A DNA stretch of 64,000 bases, from NCBI GenBank assembly GCA_963816185.1, contig CAWFJJ010000001.1, positions 96,001 through 160,000 of the forward strand. The letters are read 5' to 3'. This DNA comes from Thermoanaerobaculia bacterium. GTDB taxonomy: Bacteria; Acidobacteriota; Thermoanaerobaculia; UBA5066. Positions 39,566 to 48,527 of this stretch are shown here, piece after piece. A program made the translations under genes and the position numbers. Within the stretch, counting starts at the first letter, position 1. Every line of letters starts with the position of its first letter. The notes beneath the pieces were generated by a model that searched no databases, was not told the DNA's origin, and worked only from the letters and a program-made list of their open reading frames with translations.

Positions 39566-40867
39566 ATGGGTGCCGTCGGAACTCCGATCGCCGTCAAAGA
39601 CGCGGCCTCCCTCTCAGCCGAGCTGACGCGCGTCGCGGATATCTGCCATGGGTGCCGCCGCTGCTTTTCGCTGTGCCCGTCCTTCGACGTGCTTTTCAAG
39701 GGGCTCGACGTCGCCGAGGTGGACGGCGAGGCGGAGAAGCTGCCGAACAAGGTCCTCGACGATTTCGTGGACCTCTGCTACGAGTGCAAGCTCTGCATTC
39801 CGCATTGCCCGTACATCCCGCCTCACCGCTGGGCGGTGGACGTCCCGCACCTCGTCCTGGAGTCGAGAAACGTCCGCATGAAGGAGACGGGCCTTCCTCT
39901 TCGCGAGCGTCTGCTCTCCCGGCCCGACGCCCTCGGCCGCCTTTCGCGGCCGATCGCGCCGGTCGCGAACTTCGTCAACACGCTGCCGGTCGCGCGCTGG
40001 GCGCTGGAGAAGGCCCTTGGTGTCTCGGCGCAGAAAGACCTGCCGCATTTCGCGTCGCGCACGTTCACGGCCTGGTTCAAGACGCGAAGAGCCCCCGCGC
40101 AGGCCGGAGAGCCCGTTGCGAAGGTCGTCTTCTTTCCGACTTGCTCGGTCGAGTGGAACCGGCCGGAGATCGGGCAGGCCGCGGTTGCGGTGCTCGAGAA
40201 GAACCGGGTCGAGGTGGCGGTCGCCTACCCGCAGTGCTGCGGGATGCCGCTTTTCGACGTGGGGGACGTCGCGGGCGCCGACGAGGCTCGCCGGACGTTC
40301 GTCGCCTCCATGAGGAGCTGGGTCGACCGCGGCTACACGATCGTGACGCCGGGTCCCTCCTGCTCGCTCATGGTCAAGAAGGAGTATCCGTGGCTCGAGA
40401 AGAGGCGCGGAGGAGAGCGCGCGGGGGCCGGAGAGTCGTCGACGGACACTCAAGTCGTGGCCGCAAACACGCGCGACCTCTTCGAATTCCTCGCCGACCT
40501 GAAGGCGAAGGGCCTTCTCGCGCTCGACTTCCCGAACGCGCCGAAGTCGATCGCGTATCACCTGCCCTGCCATCTGAAAGTGCAGAACATGGGCTTTAAG
40601 TCGCGCGACCTCCTCGCCGCCACGGGAGCGGCCGTCACGATGGTGGAACGGTGCTCGGGCCACGACGGCACGTGGGCGATGAAGAAGGAGTATTTCGACA
40701 CCTCGATGAAGGTCGGAAAGAAGCTGTTCGACGGCCTCGCCGCGGCGAAGGCGGACGTCATCGCCTCGGACTGCGCCCTTGCGGGAGTGCAGATCAGGCA
40801 GGGGATGAAGATTCCGGTGCTGCACCCGATCGAAATCCTGCGAGACTCTTATGGACTTGAAGCGTGA
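39566..40867 (+). CDS. Rubrerythrin-associated Fe-S oxidoreductase (GlpC/CCG domains)
   Basis: CHGCRRCFSLC, CYECKLCIPHCPY.PPH, CCGMP, HLPCH, ERCSGHDG. Confidence 0.9.
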   Translation: MGAVGTPIAVKDAASLSAELTRVADICHGCRRCFSLCPSFDVLFKGLDVAEVDGEAEKLPNKVLDDFVDLCYECKLCIPHCPYIPPHRWAVDVPHLVLESRNVRMKETGLPLRERLLSRPDALGRLSRPIAPVANFVNTLPVARWALEKALGVSAQKDLPHFASRTFTAWFKTRRAPAQAGEPVAKVVFFPTCSVEWNRPEIGQAAVAVLEKNRVEVAVAYPQCCGMPLFDVGDVAGADEARRTFVASMRSWVDRGYTIVTPGPSCSLMVKKEYPWLEKRRGGERAGAGESSTDTQVVAANTRDLFEFLADLKAKGLLALDFPNAPKSIAYHLPCHLKVQNMGFKSRDLLAATGAAVTMVERCSGHDGTWAMKKEYFDTSMKVGKKLFDGLAAAKADVIASDCALAGVQIRQGMKIPVLHPIEILRDSYGLEA

Positions 40868-40883
40868 GAGAGGGAATCTGTTC

Positions 40884-41010
40884 CCCGGATGTCTGGTGTC
40901 AAGGGTCTTCGACCGCTGCGCGGCGCGCAAAGCGCGCCCTTGACACCGGACATCCGGGAGAAGATTTTTCTTCTATCGGGGCTGCATTAGCAGCCCCGAA
41001 TATCAGAAGA
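40884..41010. repeat. Double-hairpin repeat family B, copy 2
   Basis: CCCGGATGTCTGGTGTCAAGGG / CCCTTGACACCGGACATCCGGG and TCGGGGCTGC-ATTA-GCAGCCCCGA. Confidence 0.9.
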
Positions 41011-41018
41011 AGAATTAG

Positions 41019-41606
41019 ATGAAGAAACTAGTCCTCTCCGACGTCAAGAATCTCCATGAGTACGAATTGATCCGCGATTCGTGGCGGAAGGACGTGATCG
41101 CCGTGAAAGCGAAGCGGCGCGTCCTTCTCGGCGACATCATGTCGCTCGTCTTCGAGTGCCGACTCACGGTCTTGAACCAGGTCCAGGAGATGTGCCGGGC
41201 CGAGCGACTCGCGAAACCCGAAGCCGTCCAGCAGGAAATCGACGTTTACAACGAGCTGCTGCCCGACGACGGCGAGCTCTCGGCCACGCTGCTCGTCGAG
41301 ATCACCGAGGAGGCCCGCATCCAGCCTCAGCTCGACCGGCTCGTCGGCCTCTCTTCGGGTCGCCATCTCTGGCTCGAGCTGAACGGCCGCAAGGTGTTCG
41401 CGCGCTTCCTCGAAGGACAAGGGCGCGAGGACCGGATCGCCGCGGTCCAGTACCTGCGATTCCCGATCGGGACGGATCCCGCAGATCGGCAGGCGCTCGC
41501 CGAGGGACCGTCCCTCGTGGTCCTTTACGTCGACCACCCCGGCTATCGGGCCCACGCAGCCCTTTCCCCCGAGACACGTACCGAGATTGCCCACGATCTC
41601 GACTAA
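41019..41606 (+). CDS. DUF3501-family protein
   Basis: QVQEM.RAE, EIDVYNELLP, LSATLLVEI, AVQYLRF, VDHPGY; typical third gene of the rbr cluster. Confidence 0.88.
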   Translation: MKKLVLSDVKNLHEYELIRDSWRKDVIAVKAKRRVLLGDIMSLVFECRLTVLNQVQEMCRAERLAKPEAVQQEIDVYNELLPDDGELSATLLVEITEEARIQPQLDRLVGLSSGRHLWLELNGRKVFARFLEGQGREDRIAAVQYLRFPIGTDPADRQALAEGPSLVVLYVDHPGYRAHAALSPETRTEIAHDLD

Positions 41607-41636
41607 AGCTCTCCGGGGCGCGAATAGAATCCGCCC

Positions 41637-42128
41637 ATGCTGATCCACCTCCTCCGCCACGCTGAAGCCGAGGACGTATCTCCCACGGGGCGGGACGGTG
41701 ATCGACGGCTGACCGAGGAAGGCAAAAAGCGAATGAGGGCCGTCGCGGAAGCGATCGCGAAACTGGATCCCGGGTACGAGGCCGTGCTCGTCTCCCCCCT
41801 GGTGCGTGCCCGGCAGACGGCGGAGCCGGTGGCGGAGGCCTGTGGTTTCGAGCGACCGTTCACGGAGACGAAGAATCTCGCGCCCAATGCCAACCCCGTC
41901 GAGGTTCTCCACGAGCTGGCCCGGCTCCGTCCGGCCAGCGCCCTTCTCGTCGGCCATCAACCCCATTTTGGCCGGCTGCTCGGCCTGCTGCTTTCAGGCC
42001 GGCCCGACCTCGAAATTCCGATCAAGAAGGCGGGCCTGGCGGCATTCGAGACTCCCGCCGATCCTTCCCTTGGCCCCGCGGAGTTGAAGTTCCTCCTCCC
42101 CCCGAGACTACTGGAAAGGCTTGCATAG
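41637..42128 (+). CDS. sixA: Phosphohistidine phosphatase SixA
   Basis: LLRHAEA, SPLVRARQTA, LVGHQP. Confidence 0.9.
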   Translation: MLIHLLRHAEAEDVSPTGRDGDRRLTEEGKKRMRAVAEAIAKLDPGYEAVLVSPLVRARQTAEPVAEACGFERPFTETKNLAPNANPVEVLHELARLRPASALLVGHQPHFGRLLGLLLSGRPDLEIPIKKAGLAAFETPADPSLGPAELKFLLPPRLLERLA

Positions 42129-42206
42129 CAGGACGTTACGCTCGGTAGCGCGATTAGTTGGCCCGTTCCTGATAGGATCTTGCGCTCTTGGAGGAACGAC
42201 TTTCCC

Positions 42207-42806
42207 ATGGGTAAAAGCATTGCTCTCGGCTGCATCGTCCTCGTTCTGGTCGGCGTTCTCGTCGTCGGCGGCATGGCGGCGGGCGCCTATAACAAGCTGA
42301 ACTCAGCCGATCAGGCAGTCAGCGCGGGCTGGGCCCAGGTGGAGAACGTCTACCAGCGACGGGCCGATCTCATCCCGAATCTCGTCGAAACCGTCAAGGG
42401 CGCGGCGAACTTCGAAAAGGAGACGCTCACGCAGGTCATCCAGGCGCGCGCCTCGGCCTCGCAGATCAAGCTCGACGCCAACTCCATCAAGGACCCGGCC
42501 GCCTTCGACAAGTTTCAGAAGGCGCAGGATCAGCTCGGCGGCGCCCTCAGCCGCCTTCTCGTTACCATAGAAAAGTATCCGGAGCTGAAGGCCAACCAGA
42601 ACTACCGCGACCTGCAAGCGCAGCTCGAGGGCACCGAGAACCGGATCTCCGTCGAGCGGGGTCGGTTCAACGACGTGACGCAGACCTACAACACGCTGCG
42701 CCGGTCGTTTCCGACGGTCATCGTGGCGAACTTCGCGGGCTTCAAGGAACGTCCGTACTTCAAGGCCGCTGAGGGCTCGGAAAAGCCGCCGGCCGTGAAG
42801 TTCTGA
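42207..42806 (+). CDS. lemA: LemA family protein
   Basis: YQRRADLIPNLV, YPELKA, LEGTENRI. Confidence 0.95.
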   Translation: MGKSIALGCIVLVLVGVLVVGGMAAGAYNKLNSADQAVSAGWAQVENVYQRRADLIPNLVETVKGAANFEKETLTQVIQARASASQIKLDANSIKDPAAFDKFQKAQDQLGGALSRLLVTIEKYPELKANQNYRDLQAQLEGTENRISVERGRFNDVTQTYNTLRRSFPTVIVANFAGFKERPYFKAAEGSEKPPAVKF

Positions 42807-42840
42807 GGAAGAGAAAAGAAGAATTCGGATTCGGACTTTC

Positions 42841-43581
42841 TTGATCTTCCTCTTCGTTTCCCTCTTTCTTTCCGCCGCTGCGTCCGCCGCCGGGCCCGCC
42901 GTTCCGCCCGCTCCGACGCGGTATGTGACGGACAAAGCCGGCGTGATCCCGCCGGACGTGACCGCCCGGCTGGAGACGCGTCTGTCCGACTTCGAGAAGG
43001 AGACGTCGAACCAGTTCCTCGTCTACACCGAGAGCACGATCCCGGAAGGAACCACGCTCGAGGAGTACACCGTCGCGTGTGCTCAAGCCTGGAAGGCGGG
43101 GCAGACGCAGAGGAAGAACGGGATGATCCTCTTCGTCTTCCCCGGGTCGCGGAAGGCGCGGCTCGAGGTCGGCTACGGGCTGGAAGGCGCGATGCCCGAC
43201 GCGCTCGCGCGGCGCGTCCTCGACGAGCAGGTGATTCCGCGCTTCCGAACGGGCGACTACGGCGGCGGGATTGCCGCGGGGGTCTCTGCCGCGATCGCGG
43301 CCACGCGAGGTGAGTACAAGGGAACCGGCAGGACGCGCGGGCAGCGTCAGGACCGGGGACTGCCCGTCCCTCTCCTCCTCGCGATTCTGCTTTTCTTCTT
43401 CTTCGGGATCATCCCGATGGTCTTCAGGAATCGCAGCGGGTACTCGTACATCGGCCGCGGCGGCTGGGGCTCGGGCGGTTTCGGCGGTTTCGGCGGAGGC
43501 GGCTTCGGCGGCGGGGGAGGCGGCGGCTTCTCGGGAGGCGGCGGATCCTTCGGCGGCGGCGGCGCGAGCGGGAGCTGGTGA
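42841..43581 (+). CDS. TPM-domain protein with Gly-rich tail
   Basis: YVTDKAGV, LEVGYGLEG.MPD, GGGFSGGGGSFGGGGASGSW. Confidence 0.9.
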   Translation: MIFLFVSLFLSAAASAAGPAVPPAPTRYVTDKAGVIPPDVTARLETRLSDFEKETSNQFLVYTESTIPEGTTLEEYTVACAQAWKAGQTQRKNGMILFVFPGSRKARLEVGYGLEGAMPDALARRVLDEQVIPRFRTGDYGGGIAAGVSAAIAATRGEYKGTGRTRGQRQDRGLPVPLLLAILLFFFFGIIPMVFRNRSGYSYIGRGGWGSGGFGGFGGGGFGGGGGGGFSGGGGSFGGGGASGSW

Positions 43582-43582
43582 C

Positions 43583-44032
43583 ATGGCGAGGAGCAAGGAG
43601 GCAGCGGCGTTTTTCGAAGCTCTCGATCGGCCTGCGATCGTCGAAGCGATCAAGCGGGCCGAGACGAAAAGCTTCGGGGAGATCCGCGTGCATCTTCACC
43701 ACGGGCCCGTCTCCGATGCGCTCAAGGCGGCGAGGGCCACGTTCAAGAAGCTCGGCATGGACAAGACTGTTCACGGCACCGGCTGCCTCCTGTTCCTCGC
43801 GCCGGCGTCGCGCGCCTTCGCGGTGATCGGGGGCGCTGGAATTCATGAAAAGGTCGGAGACGGTTTTTGGGCCGAAGCCCGGGACGCGGCCCAGGCCCTC
43901 TTCGTGGACGGAAAGTTCACGGAGGGCATCGTGGCGGCCGTCGACAAGCTCGGCGATGCGCTCGCGCTGTTCTTCCCGAAGAGAGGGCCTGCGGATACGA
44001 ACGAGCTTCCGGACGAGGTCAGCGAGGACTGA
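43583..44032 (+). CDS. TPM-domain protein
   Basis: AE.K..GEIRVH, GIHEKVG..FW, NELPDEVS. Confidence 0.88.
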   Translation: MARSKEAAAFFEALDRPAIVEAIKRAETKSFGEIRVHLHHGPVSDALKAARATFKKLGMDKTVHGTGCLLFLAPASRAFAVIGGAGIHEKVGDGFWAEARDAAQALFVDGKFTEGIVAAVDKLGDALALFFPKRGPADTNELPDEVSED

Positions 44033-44039
44033 CGCCGCT

Positions 44040-44068
44040 TTGACAGGTGCGTAGCTGTCTGGTAAGTT
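44040..44068 (+). promoter_or_regulatory. sigma70 promoter of rplU-rpmA
   Basis: TTGACA-17 bp-TAAGTT. Confidence 0.7.
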
Positions 44069-44103
44069 TGTCGGCCGTTTTGTTCGGGAAGTCGAGGTAA
44101 AGC

Positions 44104-44424
44104 ATGTACGCAGTCATCCGGACCGGAGGCAAGCAGGTGCGCGTCGCTGAGGGCGACGTCGTCCGCGTCGAGCGCCTCACGAAAGAGACCCTGAAGAAGG
44201 GCGCGGAGGTGTCGCTTTCGGAGGTCCTCGCAATCGGCAAGGACGACGGCCTGCACCTCGGCTCTCCTCTCGTTTCGGGTGCCACGGTGACGGGCATCGT
44301 CGTGCGCGAGACGCGCGGACCGAAGCTCCTCGTTTACAAGAAGAAGCGCCGGAAGGGCTTCCAGCGCACTCACGGGCATCGCCAGGATCTCGTCGAGATC
44401 CGCATTGCGTCCATCGTCGGATAG
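44104..44424 (+). CDS. rplU: 50S ribosomal protein L21
   Basis: [17 protein letters not shown]...GHRQ. Confidence 0.97.
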   Translation: MYAVIRTGGKQVRVAEGDVVRVERLTKETLKKGAEVSLSEVLAIGKDDGLHLGSPLVSGATVTGIVVRETRGPKLLVYKKKRRKGFQRTHGHRQDLVEIRIASIVG

Positions 44425-44500
44425 AGCAGATTCGTTTTTCGTCTTCTCGCGTCCATTCTTCTTAGGGGCAGCGGGAAGAACGCTTCAAGGGGTAGCGCTC

Positions 44501-44770
44501 ATGGCACACAAAAAAGGTCAAGGTTCGTCCCGTAATGGGCGCGACAGCAACAGCCAGCGCCTCGGCGTGAAGCGCTTCGCCGGCCAGCTCGTCTCGGGTG
44601 GATCGATCCTCGTGCGGCAGCGCGGCACCCCGCTCAAGCCCGGCGTGAACGTCGGTCGCGCAAAGGACGACTCGCTCTTTGCGAAGGTGGACGGAATCGT
44701 GAATTTCCACGACAAGGGCCGTCTCGGCCGCTTCGTGTCGGTCACGCCCGTTTTGGAAAAGACCGCGTAG
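44501..44770 (+). CDS. rpmA: 50S ribosomal protein L27
   Basis: [22 protein letters not shown]. Confidence 0.97.
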   Translation: MAHKKGQGSSRNGRDSNSQRLGVKRFAGQLVSGGSILVRQRGTPLKPGVNVGRAKDDSLFAKVDGIVNFHDKGRLGRFVSVTPVLEKTA

Positions 44771-44869
44771 GTCGTTTTTTCGGTTTTTGGGTCATTCTTT
44801 TTTCCGGGCCCGCCCCTCTTCCTTTCTAAGCACGAAGGCGCGTGAGCGCCTTCGAAGATCCTCTCAAAC

Positions 44870-45919
44870 ATGTTCATAGACGAAGCCGTCATCCACGTTG
44901 CCGGGGGTGACGGTGGCAATGGCTGCGTCGCCTTCCGGCACGAGAAGTTCGTGCCCCGCGGCGGGCCCTCCGGCGGGGACGGCGGGGACGGTGGGAGCGT
45001 GACCCTCGTCGCCGACCGAGGCCTGAACACGCTTTACCCCTTCCGCTTCACGAGGCGCTTCGGTGCGGGCCGAGGCGGCCACGGCAAGGGGGACAACCGC
45101 CACGGGAAGAACGGCGCGTCTCTTCCCGTCTCGGTGCCCGTCGGAACGATCGTGAAGGACCGAGCGACCGGGGAGATCGTGGGCGACCTCGTCGTGGAGG
45201 GGCAGACGCTTCTCGTGGCCGCGGGCGGCAAGGGCGGGAGGGGAAACGCGCGGTTCGCGACGTCCACGAATCGGGCTCCGCGGCGCGCAGATCCCGGCAC
45301 GAAAGGCGACCAGAGGGACCTCGCGCTGGAGCTCAAGCTTCTTGCGGACGTAGCGCTCGTCGGCTTGCCGAACGCGGGGAAGTCGACGCTCATCTCCGCC
45401 ATTTCCGCGGCGCGCCCGAAGATCGCCGACTATCCGTTCACGACTCTGGTCCCGAACCTCGGAGTCGTGTCCTGGGAGCGCTTCCGCACGTTCGTCGCAG
45501 CGGACGTGCCCGGGCTCATCGAGGGCGCCCACGAGGGCCACGGCCTCGGGATCCGCTTCCTGAAGCACGTAGAAAGGTCCCGCCTGCTCGTCCACCTTGT
45601 GGACGCGGCGGCGCTCGGCGACGCAGACCCGATTGCCGAGGCCGAAGAGGCAGTCACGACGATCGAGCACGAGCTCGCGTCCTTCCAGCCGGAGCTGGCC
45701 CGACGCGAGCGCGTCCTCTTGGCCACGAAAGACGACGCGGCCTCTCCCGCCCAGGTCGCGGCCGTCGGCGCTGCGGCCTCGCGCCGCGGCCTGGCATTCT
45801 TCGCGATCTCGGCGGTCGCGCACCACGGCCTCGCCGCGCTCGTCTCGCATCTCGGGACGCGGCTGGAGGCGCTCGCCGCCCCGGCGGGCGCCGAGAACGG
45901 GACGGAGGCCGTCTCCTGA
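44870..45919 (+). CDS. obgE: GTPase ObgE
   Basis: MFIDEA, Gly-rich Obg domain, [24 protein letters not shown]. Confidence 0.97.
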   Translation: MFIDEAVIHVAGGDGGNGCVAFRHEKFVPRGGPSGGDGGDGGSVTLVADRGLNTLYPFRFTRRFGAGRGGHGKGDNRHGKNGASLPVSVPVGTIVKDRATGEIVGDLVVEGQTLLVAAGGKGGRGNARFATSTNRAPRRADPGTKGDQRDLALELKLLADVALVGLPNAGKSTLISAISAARPKIADYPFTTLVPNLGVVSWERFRTFVAADVPGLIEGAHEGHGLGIRFLKHVERSRLLVHLVDAAALGDADPIAEAEEAVTTIEHELASFQPELARRERVLLATKDDAASPAQVAAVGAAASRRGLAFFAISAVAHHGLAALVSHLGTRLEALAAPAGAENGTEAVS

Positions 45920-45921
45920 CC

Positions 45922-46530
45922 ATGCGCATCGGCGTCTACGGCGGTTCGTTCGACCCGGTGCACTTCGGGCACCTCGTTCCGATCGAGGAGGCGCGCCGCA
46001 AACTCGCCCTCGACCAGATCCTCTTCATGCCGGCGTTCCAGCCGCCGCACAAACCGTCCGGCCCGTCCGCTCCCTCGCATCACCGCTTCGCGATGCTCGC
46101 CCTTGCATTCGAGGCGTATCCGGCCTTTCGCCTGAGCGACTTCGAGGTCGCGCGAGGCGGCACGACGTACACGATCGAGACGCTGCGGCACCTTCGCGCG
46201 TCACGTGCGGACGCGGAATTCCTGCTCGTCCTCGGGTCCGACTCGCTCGCGGGAATTACGGCCTGGCGCTCTTGGCAGGATCTTCTCGGCGAGTTCAACG
46301 TTGCAGTCGTCGAGAGGGAAGGTTTCCCGCCGGACCTCCTCGCGCGCGACCTGCCTCCGGCGATCTCCGGACGGTTCGGAGAGACTATTTTCTTCGCCGG
46401 CAACGCACCGGTTACAATTTCGTCCACGTGGTTAAGGCGCGCCATCCCCGCGGGCGAGGACCTCAGCGGAAGCCTCCCGGCGAGCGTCGGCGCGTATCTC
46501 CGAAAGCACGGCCTGTACCGCCTCCCGTGA
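45922..46530 (+). CDS. nadD: Nicotinate-nucleotide adenylyltransferase
   Basis: GGSFDPVHFGH, PPHK, YTIETL, ISST. Confidence 0.95.
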   Translation: MRIGVYGGSFDPVHFGHLVPIEEARRKLALDQILFMPAFQPPHKPSGPSAPSHHRFAMLALAFEAYPAFRLSDFEVARGGTTYTIETLRHLRASRADAEFLLVLGSDSLAGITAWRSWQDLLGEFNVAVVEREGFPPDLLARDLPPAISGRFGETIFFAGNAPVTISSTWLRRAIPAGEDLSGSLPASVGAYLRKHGLYRLP

Positions 46531-46997
46531 AGCACCCGGTCCCCCAGGTGGGACCGCTCGACGACCTCATCGAGGCGACGCTACAGCGCGCGGGGTTGCG
46601 CGCCGCCGAGCCGGAGAAGCCTCGTGCGAGCGCCGACCCGGCGCTCGACGAGCGCCTCACGGCGCAGCTCAAGAAGGGTGTCGCCGCTCTTCTCGACAAG
46701 AAAGCCGAGAAGCTCGTGGTCCTGAACCTCCAGGGCCTCACGACGATGTCCGACTACTTCGTCCTGGCCACCGCGGGCAGCGACCGGCAGGCGCAGGCTC
46801 TTGCGGATGCGGTCGAGATGGCTCTCAAGGCCGAAGGGAGACGGCCCCTGTCCATCGAGGGCTACCAGTCTGCGGCCTGGATCCTTCTCGATTACGGCGA
46901 CGTCGTGTTTCACGTCTTCCACCATGAGGCGCGCCGCTTCTACGGGCTCGAGAGACTCTGGGGAGACGCTCCGGACGCCACCGAGGCGTTCCGGTAG
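46527..46997 (+). CDS. rsfS: Ribosome silencing factor
   Basis: DKKAE, DYFVLAT, WILLDYGDVV.HVF..EAR.FY.LERLW. Confidence 0.93.
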   Translation: MKHPVPQVGPLDDLIEATLQRAGLRAAEPEKPRASADPALDERLTAQLKKGVAALLDKKAEKLVVLNLQGLTTMSDYFVLATAGSDRQAQALADAVEMALKAEGRRPLSIEGYQSAAWILLDYGDVVFHVFHHEARRFYGLERLWGDAPDATEAFR

Positions 46998-47029
46998 GAG
47001 CCTTTCTGGCGGGGCGCGTCGCGTCCTCC

Positions 47030-47953
47030 GTGCTCTTCGCGACCCGCCATCGCGGACTGAGGGAGCAGCTTCGGCGCCTGGCGCGTGCCGCGGATTCGGC
47101 GAACACCGTGCTCATTCTCGGAGCGCCCGGGACCGGAAAGGACCGGCTCGCGCGCCTTCTCCACGAGCGCTCGTCGCGCGCGGGCGAGCCGTTCGTGCGG
47201 GTGGATCTCGCGGCGGTGTCGGACGATCTTTTCGAGAGCGAGCTCTTCGGCCACGAACGCGGAGCCTTTACGGGTGCCGTCGCGGGAAAGCCGGGCCTTC
47301 TCGAGGGCGCGGGCGAGGGCACGCTCTACCTCGACCGCGTCGACGCGCTTTCCCTTCGAGCCCAGGGCAAGCTCCTCCGCGTCGTCGAAGAGCGTCTCGT
47401 GCGGCGAGTGGGGGGGATGCGGCTGCTGCCGCTCAAGGCGCGCCTCGTGGCTTCGGCGGGGCCGGATCTGCCGCGCCGGGCGCGCGCCGGGACGTTCCGG
47501 GAGGATCTCTTCTACCGGCTCGCGGTCGTCACGGTGAGCCTCCCGACTCTCGCCGAGCGCCCGGAAGACCTTCTTCCGGCGGCGCGTGCGCTCGCGAAGG
47601 CGGCTGGGGGCCCGGCGGCGTTCTCGGCGGCCGCGCGGCGCTTGCTGCTCTCTCACGCCTGGCGCGGGAATTTTCGCGAGCTCGAGAACGTCGTCCGGCG
47701 CGCCGCGAACGATGCGGCTGCGGCCGGGGCGACCGCGATCGACGCCCCGCACGTGAAGCTCGCGGGCCCGTCCGATCCCGAGGCGCTCCTCCATGCCGCG
47801 GCTCACGCCCGCTGGACGCTGCGGCAGCTTTCGGACGCCTACATCACCCTCGTCCTGGACGAGGCGGGCGGAAACGTGACGGAAGCGGCACGCCGCCTCG
47901 GGGTCGCAAGAAAGACTCTTTATGCGAGGCGGGAAGGGAGAAGAATTTCTTAG
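47030..47953 (+). CDS. sigma54-dependent activator (AAA+ and Fis HTH) lacking an input domain
   Basis: GAPGTGKD, ESELFGHERGAFTGA, FREDLFYRL, WRGNFREL, GNVTEAARRLGV. Confidence 0.85.
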   Translation: MLFATRHRGLREQLRRLARAADSANTVLILGAPGTGKDRLARLLHERSSRAGEPFVRVDLAAVSDDLFESELFGHERGAFTGAVAGKPGLLEGAGEGTLYLDRVDALSLRAQGKLLRVVEERLVRRVGGMRLLPLKARLVASAGPDLPRRARAGTFREDLFYRLAVVTVSLPTLAERPEDLLPAARALAKAAGGPAAFSAAARRLLLSHAWRGNFRELENVVRRAANDAAAAGATAIDAPHVKLAGPSDPEALLHAAAHARWTLRQLSDAYITLVLDEAGGNVTEAARRLGVARKTLYARREGRRIS

Positions 47954-48099
47954 GTTGAAAGAGGGCTTGATTCCGAGCGGGGCGTGATATCCTCCGCCAT
48001 TCTCGCAAGGCCCGGTGGCTCCTGACCGAGTAGGTAAACCGGCCGATCGCAGCGCTTTAGCGTTGCGTATTCCAAGTGATCTCAAGGGAGACGACCAGC

Positions 48100-48489
48100 A
48101 TGGTACTCAAAACCGCCGCGATGCCAGCGAAGCCCCTGAAGAAGGAGGCCGGCGAACGGGTGAGGAAACGCCTCGTTGCGCGCCGCGACGAGCTGCTCCA
48201 GGATCTTGCGAAGAACCGGGAGGTCTCCGAGGAAACGGTCGATGAATCGGCGCAGGACATGGCCGACCGCGCGACGTCCGCCTACACGAAGGAGTTCGCG
48301 TACTCGCTTTCCGAAAGCGACCGGAAGATCCTCCTGCTCATCGAAGAGGCGCTTTCACGTCTCGACGCGGGTACGTATGGGACCTGCATTCATTGCTCCC
48401 AGCCCGTTCAGGAGAAGCGCATCGAGGCGGTTCCCTGGGCGCGCCATTGCCTCGACTGCCAGGAGCTGCAAGACAAGGGATTGCTGTAA
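48100..48489 (+). CDS. dksA: DksA/TraR C4 zinc-finger protein
   Basis: DMADRA, YGTCIHC, RIEAVPWARHCLDCQ. Confidence 0.88.
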   Translation: MVLKTAAMPAKPLKKEAGERVRKRLVARRDELLQDLAKNREVSEETVDESAQDMADRATSAYTKEFAYSLSESDRKILLLIEEALSRLDAGTYGTCIHCSQPVQEKRIEAVPWARHCLDCQELQDKGLL

Positions 48490-48527
48490 GACAAAGGGCG
48501 CCGGAACCATCCGGTTAGGATGAGCGC

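Noticed and set aside
43455-43578. GGC-rich tandem-like repeat
   Set aside because: Encodes the normal Gly-rich tail of the TPM-domain protein
44425-44500. Possible prp/ysxB gene or L27 N-terminal extension
   Set aside because: Spacer is too short and L27 begins with the standard MAHKK
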